A stretch of 64,000 nt of DNA, from contig CAWIIQ010000001.1 in NCBI GenBank assembly GCA_963836185.1, positions 1,408,001-1,472,000 of the forward strand, written 5' to 3'. The notes below the pieces were generated by a model, which saw only the letters and a list, made by a program, of their open reading frames with translations, did not search any database and was not told the DNA's origin. Every line of letters begins with the position of its first letter. Within the stretch, counting starts at the first letter, position 1. Origin of the DNA: Candidatus Krumholzibacteriia bacterium. GTDB taxonomy: Bacteria > Krumholzibacteriota > Krumholzibacteriia > Krumholzibacteriales > Krumholzibacteriaceae. A program made the position numbers and the translations under genes. Shown piece by piece: positions 11,485 to 20,551 of this stretch.

Positions 11485-11513
11485 TTGACCACCCAAAGGT
11501 ATTCCTATACGCT
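11485..11513 (+). promoter_or_regulatory. sigma70-type promoter
   Basis: TTGACC-N17-TACGCT preceded by an A-tract. Confidence 0.55.
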
Positions 11514-11519
11514 TCTCTC

Positions 11520-11658
11520 TTCATTGTCCGATCTTTGAAAACGAAACGACAGGCATGGAGAGAGTCTACAACAATCTTATCGCTCCGCGGCCCGGCAAGT
11601 CCGGGTACGATATCGGCATGCCTTATCTGATGCTTCCCGTCCGGGAAGCCTTTTTTTT
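11520..11658 (+). ncRNA. Candidate structured RNA or attenuator leader ending in an intrinsic terminator (family unassigned)
   Basis: boxA-like GATCTTTGAAAAC; nested stems AGGCATG/CATGCCT, TATCG/CGATA, CCCGG/CCGGG; terminator GCTTCCC/GGGAAGC plus T8. Confidence 0.45.
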
Positions 11659-11682
11659 ATCGGCGAGAGGTGCAGATTGACT

Positions 11683-12414
11683 ATGACGGTCGAAAGTGAC
11701 ATCCAGTTTCTGATCCAGCTGTCCCGGAAAGATCTCGAGATGCAGGAGAACAAAAGGCTTCTCGAGACGGCCCCGCTGACTATCAGCAGGCTCGACAAGG
11801 AAGTGCGTGAAATGGACGAGCACTATACCGCGGCTGAGGCTGAACTGGAGAAATTGAAGAAAGAAAAGGTCCAGCTGGAACTCGATGTGAAGCATGAGCG
11901 AGCGGCTATCGATAAGAAAAAGAACGAACAACTGACCGCGAAGGACAACAAGGAGTACGCGGCGAAGACCTCCGAGATCCAGTTCCTGGAGAAGAAGATA
12001 GACCAGCATGAGAGCCGGATACTGGAGCTTCTGGACATGATGGAAGCCGAGAAAAAGGAAGTCGAGGCGGCTACCGAGATAATAAACACCGAGAAGGATG
12101 CGAAGCTTGCCGCGAAGAAGGACTGGGAAGACAAGATCGAGGAAGCGAAAGCGGTCCTGGTAATACTCGAGGAAGAGAAGGCCAGGACACTGCCCCTTAT
12201 GACCGATAAGATCAGAAATAGATACGAGCGTATCCTGAAGGTCAAAGGGGATTCGGGCGTTGCAAATCTCATCGGCGATGTCTGCCAGGGGTGCTTCAGC
12301 CGCGTTCCACCTCAGCACGCGCATGAGGTAAGGCGAAACGATACTATCCTGACATGCGAGGCCTGCGGACGGATCATGATATATTTCCCGGTAGACGAAG
12401 GACAGGACCCCTGA
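11683..12414 (+). CDS. Coiled-coil protein with C4-type zinc ribbon (DUF164-like)
   Basis: Long coiled coil, KEY.A...EI, CQGC...CEACGRI. Confidence 0.85.
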   Translation: MTVESDIQFLIQLSRKDLEMQENKRLLETAPLTISRLDKEVREMDEHYTAAEAELEKLKKEKVQLELDVKHERAAIDKKKNEQLTAKDNKEYAAKTSEIQFLEKKIDQHESRILELLDMMEAEKKEVEAATEIINTEKDAKLAAKKDWEDKIEEAKAVLVILEEEKARTLPLMTDKIRNRYERILKVKGDSGVANLIGDVCQGCFSRVPPQHAHEVRRNDTILTCEACGRIMIYFPVDEGQDP

Positions 12415-13049
12415 TGAAGAAGAACAGCCTCAAGAGACTTCTCGAATTGCTGGCCGGGGGACTTCCTCTCGATAATGCATGGGAGCAGGCTGGCTATCTT
12501 GCCAGGGCAGAAGCGGTGGAAGCTCTGATGGAGATGGCCGCTATCCTGGGTGTGGAGATCAACGCGGACCGCCCCGTACAGGAGCCGGTATCGGCAGGTA
12601 CTGCGGCAAAGACAGTGGATATTACCGGCATGACGATATCGGAGCTGATCGTCCACGCGGACGGTGCGTCCAGAGGTAATCCCGGCCCTGCCGCGGCGGC
12701 GGTGGTGGCTTATGATACGGAGGGGAACGAACTTACTTCCCGGGCAAAGAGACTTGGAAAGGCGACTAACAATGTAGCAGAATACAGCGCCTGCATCCTT
12801 GCTCTCGAACTGGCGGCTGATTTCGGTGTGTCGAACGTAACTGTCCGGATGGACAGCGAACTCGTCGTTAAACAGATGAGAGGCGAGTACAAGATCAAGA
12901 ACGAGAACCTCGCCGTTCTCGCGGGACAGGCCCGGGAGCTCGCTGCAGGATTCAGTAGTTGCGTCTGGGAGCATGTTCCGAGGGTCGGAAACGCCGCGGC
13001 CGACAAGCTGGCCAACGAGATCCTGGACGAAGCTCCTGCTGGAAGTTAG
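12414..13049 (+). CDS. rnhA: Ribonuclease HI family protein with N-terminal extension
   Basis: ADGASRGNPGPA, TNNVAEY, DSELVVKQMRGEYKIK, HVPR..N..ADKLAN. Confidence 0.88.
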   Translation: MKKNSLKRLLELLAGGLPLDNAWEQAGYLARAEAVEALMEMAAILGVEINADRPVQEPVSAGTAAKTVDITGMTISELIVHADGASRGNPGPAAAAVVAYDTEGNELTSRAKRLGKATNNVAEYSACILALELAADFGVSNVTVRMDSELVVKQMRGEYKIKNENLAVLAGQARELAAGFSSCVWEHVPRVGNAAADKLANEILDEAPAGS

Positions 13050-13062
13050 ATCCCCCCATCCT

Positions 13063-13091
13063 TTGACCTCGGGCCTTCACTGTGATATATT
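13063..13091 (+). promoter_or_regulatory. sigma70-type promoter of rnpB
   Basis: TTGACC-N17-TATATT with extended TG. Confidence 0.65.
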
Positions 13092-13119
13092 GAGCCGGAC
13101 GACTGTCCGGACAGAATCT

Positions 13120-13497
13120 GTACGGCGGAGCGGACGGGATGATCGCGGCCCCTTCGGGGTGTTCGAGGAAAGTCCGAGCTCCACAGGGCAGGGTGCTGGG
13201 TAACTCCCAGTGGGGGTGACCCCAAGGAAAGTGCCACAGAAAATATACCGCCACCGGCTTGCCGGTGGTAAGGGTGAAATGGTGAGGTAAGAGCTCACCG
13301 GTGCCCCCGGTGACGGAGGCAGCCAGGTAAACCCCACCCGGAGAAAGACCAAATAGAAGAGGAGAAGCGGCCCGCTTCGCTTGACTCTCGGGTAGGTCGA
13401 TCGTGGCCCGCGGAGACGCCGGCCCCAGATAAATGATCATCACCTGTCCGCTCGCGGACAGGGACAGAACTCGGCTTACGAGTCCGCTCCGCCGTAC
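13120..13497 (+). ncRNA. rnpB: RNase P RNA, type A
   Basis: GAGGAAAGTCCGAGCTCC, GGAAAGTGCCACAGAAA, GGTAAGAGCTCACC, GGTAAACCCCACCCGGAG, AGATAAATGATC, ACAGAACTCGGCTTA; 16-bp terminal P1 stem. Confidence 0.97.
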
Positions 13498-13527
13498 TTT
13501 ATTGCACCATAGATACGAAAGGCTCAT

Positions 13528-15255
13528 ATGTCTTCCTGGCTCGTCAGGCCGATCGATCCCGGCATAATCAGAGACCTGAGCGAGGGACTCGGGATATCCG
13601 CCACGGCAGCGCGGATCATAGCCTCGAGGGGTGTCTCCACGGTAGAAGAAGCGAAGCAGTTTTTTACGCCCTCCGTGGACAAGCTGCATGATCCGTTCCT
13701 CTTCACTGAGATGGGTGAGGCGGTCAAGGCTATCCGTGAAGCAGTTTCAGAGAAAAAGCGGATACTGGTGCATGGAGACTATGACGCTGACGGGATATGC
13801 GGAGCATCTATTCTCTACGAAGGGCTGCGTTCGCTGGGTGCGGATGTGCACTTCTTCGTCCCGGACCGCAAGAAGGACGGATACGGCATGGCCAGGCGGG
13901 TCGCCGAGCGAAGCCTCGAGGTGGGAGTCGGCCTGGTCATCACTGTCGACTGCGGTTCGAGCGATGGAGATATCGTAAAGGAACTCTCCGCGGGCGGGAT
14001 ACCTGTTATCATCACGGATCATCACGAGATCGGGGAGAGGGTCCCTGATGCGAAGGCGTTTATCAACGCCAAGCTTCCAGGCGAGACATATCCGTTTACC
14101 GAGCTGTCCGGGGCGGGAGTAGCGTACAAGCTTCTCCAGGGCGTGGAGAAGGATATGGGCGTCGATATGAAGCTCGGCCGCCTTCTCGACCTTGTAGCCA
14201 TCGGGACACTCGGCGACTATGTCCCTCTCGTGGACGAGAACCGATCCCTGGTTGCGCTGGGCATGGCGGAACTGGGGAAATGGGAAAGACCGGGATTCGA
14301 TGCCCTGAGGAAAGAATGCGGACTGGCTGCCTCCGGCTTCTCGGCCAGGCAGATATGCTTCACAATAGTGCCCAGGCTCAACTCCCCCGGCAGGATAGGA
14401 AGCGCGCGCAGGGTGGTAGAGCTGCTCACCACGGATGACGCGGAGGAGGCTGGAGCCATCGCGAAGGAGATCGAGGAAACGAACAAGCAGCGGAGGGCCC
14501 ACGACAGCCAGGTCACCGATGAGGCCTGTTACCTCGCCGACATAATGCTGAAACGGAGCGAGCCTAACGCACTCGTATTCTCGTCGTCCTCCTGGCACGA
14601 GGGTGTCGTCGGGATAGGGGCGGCAAGGCTGGCGGAGAACTACGGTGTGCCCTCGGTACTGATCGCCGTACGTGACGGTATCGGGAAGGGATCGGTAAGG
14701 TCATCGGGCGGAATAAATATCCGTGACTCTCTGGAGAAATGCTCGAAGTTTCTCTCCGCCTTCGGAGGGCACAGGGAAGCGGGTGGATTCTCGATAAAAG
14801 AGGAAGATATCCCCTCCTTCAACAAGTGTTTCAACAAGGTCGTAGGCGAAGCGATCGGCGACAGCGAGGGGCATTCACACATATACGCCGACGCCGAGAT
14901 CGCGCTCAAAGATTGTGACCTGGGACTCATATCGTTCATAGAACAGTTCGCGCCTTTCGGCCCGGGGAACGCTGAACCACTTGTTATGATCCGCGACCTC
15001 GACGTACTGGAAAAGACGAGGATCGTCGGTAAGCATCACCTCAGGCTCGCGGTCTCGAATGCTGACGGGACTTCGCTCGAGATGATCGGCTTCTCACTGG
15101 GCAAGAGCTGGGAGCCACTCAATGTCATCGGAGGGAAGATAGACGTTATTGCCCACCTGAGGCGGAATGTGTGGAAGGACAGGGAAGAGGCCCAGATACA
15201 GGTGACACTGATACATCAGACGGAGAAGCCCGCGGCCCTTCAGGAAAAAATATAG
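13528..15255 (+). CDS. recJ: ssDNA-specific exonuclease RecJ
   Basis: HGDYDADG, ITVDCG, ITDHH, PRLN..GR, GKGS.RS, FGGH..AGG, PFGPGN. Confidence 0.96.
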   Translation: MSSWLVRPIDPGIIRDLSEGLGISATAARIIASRGVSTVEEAKQFFTPSVDKLHDPFLFTEMGEAVKAIREAVSEKKRILVHGDYDADGICGASILYEGLRSLGADVHFFVPDRKKDGYGMARRVAERSLEVGVGLVITVDCGSSDGDIVKELSAGGIPVIITDHHEIGERVPDAKAFINAKLPGETYPFTELSGAGVAYKLLQGVEKDMGVDMKLGRLLDLVAIGTLGDYVPLVDENRSLVALGMAELGKWERPGFDALRKECGLAASGFSARQICFTIVPRLNSPGRIGSARRVVELLTTDDAEEAGAIAKEIEETNKQRRAHDSQVTDEACYLADIMLKRSEPNALVFSSSSWHEGVVGIGAARLAENYGVPSVLIAVRDGIGKGSVRSSGGINIRDSLEKCSKFLSAFGGHREAGGFSIKEEDIPSFNKCFNKVVGEAIGDSEGHSHIYADAEIALKDCDLGLISFIEQFAPFGPGNAEPLVMIRDLDVLEKTRIVGKHHLRLAVSNADGTSLEMIGFSLGKSWEPLNVIGGKIDVIAHLRRNVWKDREEAQIQVTLIHQTEKPAALQEKI

Positions 15256-15266
15256 CGGTAGGTCCA

Positions 15267-15713
15267 ATGCGTACAGTAGTGCAGAGAGTGAGCGAGGCGA
15301 GCGTAGTCGTCGATGGTAAGACGATCGCGTCGATAGGCCGGGGTATACTTGTGCTGGCGGCTTTCCGGACAGGCGACGGCCCGGAGGACCTCGACTGGAT
15401 GGCGCGCAAGTGCCTCGACCTGCGGATATTCGAGGACGATGCGGGGAAGATGAACCTCTCCGTCATGGAGACCGGTGGTGAAGTGCTCGTAGTCTCGCAG
15501 TTCACCCTTTACGGAAACTGCCGCAAGGGACGCAGGCCTGCATATACCGACAGCGCACCGGGCCCCGAGGCGCTCAGTCTCTACAGGGAGTTCGTGGACA
15601 ATGTGACCTCGAAGTGGCCGAAGACGGCCGAGGGAGAGTTCGGCGCGATGATGGATGTCAAGCTCGTCAACGACGGCCCGGTGACACTTATCGTTGACAG
15701 GGAGATGGGATGA
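15267..15713 (+). CDS. dtd: D-aminoacyl-tRNA deacylase
   Basis: MRTVVQRV, VSQFTL, KGRRP, FGAMM.V.LVNDGPVT. Confidence 0.96.
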   Translation: MRTVVQRVSEASVVVDGKTIASIGRGILVLAAFRTGDGPEDLDWMARKCLDLRIFEDDAGKMNLSVMETGGEVLVVSQFTLYGNCRKGRRPAYTDSAPGPEALSLYREFVDNVTSKWPKTAEGEFGAMMDVKLVNDGPVTLIVDREMG

Positions 15714-16309
15714 ATCCGTTTCTTTCTTTTGAGATCCAGGAAAGGCTTCTGCTTGCCTCGGCCTCGCCGAGACGCAGGGAAATACTCCAGAACCTCGGGT
15801 TCGAGTTCGAGGTCCTTCCCGCGAATGTCGACGAGTCCGAGGTACCCTGGACAGATCCTGTAGAGAGTGCCAAGCTGCTCGCCGAGATCAAGGGTGTAGA
15901 CGCGCAGATGACTCGGCCCCGAAAGACTATAATCGCGGCCGATACGATCGTGCTCTGTGAGGGAGAGGTGATGGGGAAACCATCAGGACCTGAAGAAGCG
16001 GCGGAGATGCTCTCGAAGCTCTCGGGAAGAGTGCACGAAGTCGTAACCGGAATAGCCCTTATCGCCCCTCCTGGCAGAAGGGTGATCGAGGCGGAGAGTA
16101 CGAAGGTCTTCTTCCGCGAACTCAGCCCCAGGGAGATCTCACTCTATATCGAGACGAGGGAGCCGTTCGACAAGGCCGGCGCCTACGCGATCCAGGGATA
16201 TGCCTCGGCATTCATCGACAGGATCGAGGGGTGCTACTTCAACGTCGTGGGGCTGCCTGTCGCCAGGCTCTTCAGCATGTTCCGTCAGCTCGAAGGGATG
16301 AAACAGTGA
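15710..16309 (+). CDS. maf: Maf family nucleotide pyrophosphatase
   Basis: LASASPRRREIL, AADTIV, GKP, DKAGAYAIQG, NVVGLP. Confidence 0.93.
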   Translation: MNPFLSFEIQERLLLASASPRRREILQNLGFEFEVLPANVDESEVPWTDPVESAKLLAEIKGVDAQMTRPRKTIIAADTIVLCEGEVMGKPSGPEEAAEMLSKLSGRVHEVVTGIALIAPPGRRVIEAESTKVFFRELSPREISLYIETREPFDKAGAYAIQGYASAFIDRIEGCYFNVVGLPVARLFSMFRQLEGMKQ

Positions 16310-16725
16310 TCACGCACGAGGCCGAATTCAGGTTTGATACGGATGGAGACGGGACGATAGTCGATATCACACACGAGGCTCGTGGATTTATCGTCGACAG
16401 CGGAGTCACTACCGGACAGATGACCGTCATCGTCCCCGGCTCGACGGCGGGGATCACGACAATAGAGTACGAACCGGGACTGCTGCGCGACCTGCCAGCC
16501 TTCTTCGAGCGGATCATCCCTTCCGGGGTGATGTACGGCCATGACGCGACATGGGGGGACGGGAACGGATTCTCGCACCTCAGGTCGGCGCTCATCGGGC
16601 CGTCGGTCACTGTGCCGGTATCGGGCGGTGAGCTGGTCCTCGGGACGTGGCAGCAGATAGTCTTTCTTGAATTCGATAACAGACCCCGCAGCCGCAGGGT
16701 CCATTTCAGCGTGGTAGGGGAGTAA
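16306..16725 (+). CDS. yjbQ: YjbQ family protein (UPF0047)
   Basis: GSTAGITTIEYE, Y.HD....DGNGFSHLR, LGTWQQIVFLEFD; GTG start overlaps maf stop. Confidence 0.9.
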   Translation: MITHEAEFRFDTDGDGTIVDITHEARGFIVDSGVTTGQMTVIVPGSTAGITTIEYEPGLLRDLPAFFERIIPSGVMYGHDATWGDGNGFSHLRSALIGPSVTVPVSGGELVLGTWQQIVFLEFDNRPRSRRVHFSVVGE

Positions 16726-17859
16726 ATGGATACAGTCATACAGACAGTGGATTATATCAGGGGGATGGTCGTTATACTGGACCAGACGCTTCTGCCTGCC
16801 GAAGAGAAGTACGTCCCTCTCAGGGATCCCGGGGAACTCGCCGCGGCTATCCGGGTCCTGAAGGTCCGGGGCGCCCCTGCACTTGGAGTCGCGGCTGCGC
16901 ACGGCGTCCTTCTCGAGCTTGAGAACCTGATAATCGAGAGTCTTGATGATCCGCCTGATTTCATATTCGATCACGGATCACCCCATGTTCCTTTCGATCC
17001 ATCGGGCATCGATGGATCGGCTGTCGCGGCCAGTCTTATCGAGGCTGCCGATATGCTCGCCGCCACGAGGCCGACCGCCGTGAACCTTTTCTGGGGCCTC
17101 GAACGGATGAAGAAGGCGATAGCGAGAAGCGGGGACGATATCAAGCTTCTGGCGGAGAATGTATCAGCCGAGGCTTTCGCGATACATGACGGGGAACTGG
17201 AGACCGACCGCCGGATCGGGGAGAACGGAGCGGTACTGCTCACCGACGGGATGACCCTCCTGACCCATTGCAATGCGGGAGGGCTCGCGACGGCCGGTTA
17301 CGGAACTGCACTGGCTGTCATCAAGACGGCGCATGAACAGGGCAAAAGGCTCTCCGTATTCGCCGACGAGACGAGGCCGCTGCTCCAGGGGGCAAGGCTC
17401 ACCGCGTGGGAGATGGTCCGTGCCGGGATAGATGTGACCGTTCTCTGCGACAACGCCGCAGCGTCCCTGTTCGCCGCCGGCCGGATCGACGCCGTAGTGA
17501 CAGGGGCGGACAGGATAGTCCTGAGCGGCGATTCAGCGAACAAGATAGGCACGCTCGCTCTGGCGGTCCTCTGCGAGAAATACGGCGTCCCGATGTATAT
17601 CGCCGCCCCATGGTCGACCTTCGACCTGACCATCGAAGAGGGTTCCGGCATACCGATCGAGCAGCGCGATCCCGGGGAGGTCAAGTCTTTCGCCGGGGTC
17701 AAAACGGCCCCCGAAGAGGCGATGGCTTACAACCCGGCCTTTGACGTGACGCCTGCGGAACTTATAACTGCAATAATTACAGAGACATGTGTGATCAAGG
17801 CCCCCGATGCGGGAAAGATCCGTGTTGCTGCCCTTGAGGCGGGGATCCTGAAGCCGTGA
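16726..17859 (+). CDS. mtnA: S-methyl-5-thioribose-1-phosphate isomerase
   Basis: LDQTLLP, VRGAPALG, RPTAVNL, THCNAGGLATAGYGTAL, ETRPLLQGARLT, GADRI, NKIGT, NPAFDVTP. Confidence 0.93.
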   Translation: MDTVIQTVDYIRGMVVILDQTLLPAEEKYVPLRDPGELAAAIRVLKVRGAPALGVAAAHGVLLELENLIIESLDDPPDFIFDHGSPHVPFDPSGIDGSAVAASLIEAADMLAATRPTAVNLFWGLERMKKAIARSGDDIKLLAENVSAEAFAIHDGELETDRRIGENGAVLLTDGMTLLTHCNAGGLATAGYGTALAVIKTAHEQGKRLSVFADETRPLLQGARLTAWEMVRAGIDVTVLCDNAAASLFAAGRIDAVVTGADRIVLSGDSANKIGTLALAVLCEKYGVPMYIAAPWSTFDLTIEEGSGIPIEQRDPGEVKSFAGVKTAPEEAMAYNPAFDVTPAELITAIITETCVIKAPDAGKIRVAALEAGILKP

Positions 17860-17886
17860 TGACCGGTCCATCGCGTCAAACGCGGC

Positions 17887-17915
17887 TTGACATCATCAGC
17901 TAACCCATATATATT
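17887..17915 (+). promoter_or_regulatory. sigma70-type promoter of rplM-rpsI
   Basis: TTGACA-N17-TATATT. Confidence 0.7.
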
Positions 17916-17964
17916 TGAACTTCTTTACCGAAATATATCGGAAAAGTGTACGGAGGACTGAAAA

Positions 17965-18396
17965 ATGCAGAAGACCACGATTCTCAAACCTGGAGAGTTT
18001 GAGAGAGACTGGTATGTAGTGGACGCGAGCGGGAAGACGCTCGGCAGGCTGGCGACCAGAGTCGCGACGATCCTCAGGGGCAAGAACAAGCCCGGATACG
18101 CCCCGCATATGGATGTGGGCGATTTTGTGATCGTTGTTAACGCCGACAAGATCCACGTTACCGGCAACAAGATGGAAGACAAGACCTACTGGAGCCACAC
18201 CAAGTACCCCGGCGGCATCCGCCTTATCAGCTTGAAGGAGAAGATGGAGAAGGATCCTACCTTCGCCGTTACACACGCCATCAAGGGGATGCTCCCCCAC
18301 AACAAGCTCGGCCGCAGGCTCCTTAAGAAACTCAAGGTCTACTCAGGCGCGAAGCATCCGCACGAGCCGCAGCAGCCGAAGGAGCTCGCGCTCTAG
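17965..18396 (+). CDS. rplM: 50S ribosomal protein L13
   Basis: WYVVDA.GKTLGRLAT, GKNKP.Y.PHMD.GD, GMLPHNKLGR. Confidence 0.98.
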   Translation: MQKTTILKPGEFERDWYVVDASGKTLGRLATRVATILRGKNKPGYAPHMDVGDFVIVVNADKIHVTGNKMEDKTYWSHTKYPGGIRLISLKEKMEKDPTFAVTHAIKGMLPHNKLGRRLLKKLKVYSGAKHPHEPQQPKELAL

Positions 18397-18456
18397 TGAT
18401 GTTCGATGGTTCGTGCTGTCACCGGCACATTTTCGGCCGGAAGGAGGTGTAAAGAC

Positions 18457-18849
18457 TTGGCAAAAGAGATCTACCATGCGGTGGGAAGAAGGAAATCGGC
18501 AGTAGCGCGTGTCTATCTCAGTGAGGGCAAGGGCACAGTCACCGTTAACGGTGAGGAGCTCGCCGCTTACATGAAGAGGGACAGTTTGACGCTTCTCGTA
18601 CGTCAGCCCATGGCCGTGACCAACACAGATGCGACATACGACGTGAAGGCGACTGTCGCCGGCGGCGGTACGGCGGGCCAGGCGGGAGCGCTTCGTCTCG
18701 GAATTTCGAGAGCGATACTGCTGCATGACGATACCCACAAGAAGGTACTGAAGTCTGGCGGGTTCCTCACCAGAGACCCCAGGGAGAAGGAGAGGAAGAA
18801 GTACGGACAGCCCGGAGCACGGAAGAAGTTCCAGTTCTCCAAGAGATAG
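18457..18849 (+). CDS. rpsI: 30S ribosomal protein S9
   Basis: GRRKSAVARV, GGG..GQAGA, LTRDPR.KERKKYG..GARK.FQFSKR; TTG start after AGGAGGT. Confidence 0.97.
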   Translation: MAKEIYHAVGRRKSAVARVYLSEGKGTVTVNGEELAAYMKRDSLTLLVRQPMAVTNTDATYDVKATVAGGGTAGQAGALRLGISRAILLHDDTHKKVLKSGGFLTRDPREKERKKYGQPGARKKFQFSKR

Positions 18850-18859
18850 AATATCAAGG

Positions 18860-18940
18860 ACACACATCTCTCCGCAAGGTCCACGGTGACGGACAGAAGC
18901 CCGTTTTGGACGCTCCCAGGGAGGGATGGAGGAATAACCA
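18860..18940 (+). promoter_or_regulatory. rpsB (S2) autoregulatory leader RNA, t44-like
   Basis: ACACAC ... TCCACGGTG ... TTTTGGA ... TGGAGGAATAACC immediately upstream of rpsB, as in known S2 leaders. Confidence 0.75.
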
Positions 18941-18951
18941 GGGAGGAAATA

Positions 18952-19821
18952 GTGGAAGTCCAGATCAAGGACCTGCTGGAAGCGGGCGTTCACTTCGGAC
19001 ACCAGACAAGACGCTGGAACCCGAAGATGAAGCCCTATATTTTTAAGGAGCAGAACGGGATATACATCATCGATCTGCGCCAGACTCTAGAGACACTCCA
19101 GAAAGCATATGACACCATCGTCCAGATGGCATCCGAAGGCAAGACGGTTCTTTTCGTCGGGACCAAGAGACAGGCGAAAGACTCCGTGCGCGAGGATGCG
19201 CAGCGATGCGATATGTACTATATCAACGAGCGCTGGCTCGGTGGCACACTGACGAACTACAAGACGATCAAGCTCAGTCTCGATCGTCTCGACGACATGG
19301 AAGCGATGGAGAAAGACGGGCGGATCGAGCAGCTTTCTAAGAAGGAGAGGCTCGTGCTCGAAAAGCACAAGCAGAAGCTCCTCAAGGTTCTCTCGGGAAT
19401 CCGCGGGATGAAGGGCGCCCCATCCTGTCTCATCGTATTCGACACAAAGAAGGAAGAAATCGCGATCAAGGAAGCCAAGAAACTCGGCATCCCCCTGGTC
19501 GGTCTTATCGATACAAACAGTGATCCTGATGACCTCGACTTTGCCATTCCGGCGAACGATGACGCGATCCGGTCGATCAAGCTCTTTACGAAGACTTTTT
19601 CCGACGCGATCATCGAGGGCAGGTCCCGCTACCTGAAGAACAAGGACTTCCTCGATAAGAAGGATAAGGCAGAGGCGGCGAAGAAGGGCGGCCCCAGGCA
19701 GTCCGACCGCAGGGACAACAGGCCCGACAGGCCCGCTCCGGTCAAGAAAGAGGCAGCCGCGCCCGAGGTGAAGCCGGCCGAAAAAAAAGATGAGAATAAG
19801 ACCGGAGAGAAGTCCGAATAG
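18952..19821 (+). CDS. rpsB: 30S ribosomal protein S2
   Basis: LLEAGVHFGHQTRRWNPKM, RWLGGTLTN, IPANDDAIRSI; GTG start after GGAGG. Confidence 0.98.
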   Translation: MEVQIKDLLEAGVHFGHQTRRWNPKMKPYIFKEQNGIYIIDLRQTLETLQKAYDTIVQMASEGKTVLFVGTKRQAKDSVREDAQRCDMYYINERWLGGTLTNYKTIKLSLDRLDDMEAMEKDGRIEQLSKKERLVLEKHKQKLLKVLSGIRGMKGAPSCLIVFDTKKEEIAIKEAKKLGIPLVGLIDTNSDPDDLDFAIPANDDAIRSIKLFTKTFSDAIIEGRSRYLKNKDFLDKKDKAEAAKKGGPRQSDRRDNRPDRPAPVKKEAAAPEVKPAEKKDENKTGEKSE

Positions 19822-19859
19822 CGGATCAGCCCGGCTGGAACATTACGGAGGAATTCAAG

Positions 19860-20462
19860 ATGGAGATCACATCGAAGATGGTCAAGGAACTGCGGGAGAT
19901 GACAAACGCAGGAATGATGGACTGCAAGAAAGCCCTTATGGCGTCTAAAGGCGACGTGGAAGCAGCCGTGAAATTTCTCAGGGAAAAGGGCCTTTCATCT
20001 GCTGCCAAACGCGCGCATAAGGCGGCAAACGAGGGCCAGATATTCTCGTACATACACAGCAACAACAAACTCGGCGTAATCGTCGAGCTCAACTGCGAGA
20101 CGGATTTCGTCGCCAAGACCGATGACTTCCAGGCTCTCGGCAGGAACCTTGCCATGCAGGTAGCGGCAGCGGCGCCCCTCGTAGTCAAGAGAGAGGATAT
20201 CCCCGAGGACGTCCTCAAGAAGGAAATGGAGATCTTCCGCAACCAGGCCATCGAGTCCGGGAAACCTGAGAAGGTGCTCGATAAAATCGTTGAAGGTAAG
20301 GTCGAAAAATTCTACAGTGAGGTCGTGCTCCTCGAGCAGGCGTTCATCAAGGACGACAAGGTAAAGGTAGAGGAGCTTCTCAAGGAGACGATCGGCAAGC
20401 TTGGCGAGAATATGATCATCAAGAGGTTTGCCCGTTTCCAACTGGGGGAGGAAGCATCCTGA
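19860..20462 (+). CDS. tsf: Elongation factor Ts (short form)
   Basis: VKELRE.T.AGMMDCKKAL, ELNCETDFVA, KIVEGK. Confidence 0.98.
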   Translation: MEITSKMVKELREMTNAGMMDCKKALMASKGDVEAAVKFLREKGLSSAAKRAHKAANEGQIFSYIHSNNKLGVIVELNCETDFVAKTDDFQALGRNLAMQVAAAAPLVVKREDIPEDVLKKEMEIFRNQAIESGKPEKVLDKIVEGKVEKFYSEVVLLEQAFIKDDKVKVEELLKETIGKLGENMIIKRFARFQLGEEAS

Positions 20463-20503
20463 GCAACGGGGAAAGCGATAAAGCGCTGACCTTTGAATAG
20501 ACA

Positions 20504-20537
20504 GAGCGCGGGGGCTGTATGCTCCTGCGCTTTTTTA
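20504..20537 (+). terminator. Intrinsic terminator between tsf and pyrH
   Basis: GAGCGCGGGGGC-TGTAT-GCTCCTGCGCT followed by a T-tract. Confidence 0.6.
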
Positions 20538-20551
20538 TGGAAGGAGACTCG

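Noticed and set aside
11542-11640. CGAAAC and CTGATG resembling a hammerhead ribozyme or fluoride riboswitch core
   Set aside because: The sequence is CTGATGC rather than CTGATGA, and the required stems or pseudoknot do not form cleanly; kept only as an unassigned RNA.
11555-11680. 41-codon ORF (MERVYNNLIAP...) in the leader as possible leader peptide
   Set aside because: It has no RBS and no amino-acid-rich run, and it reads through the terminator; unsupported.
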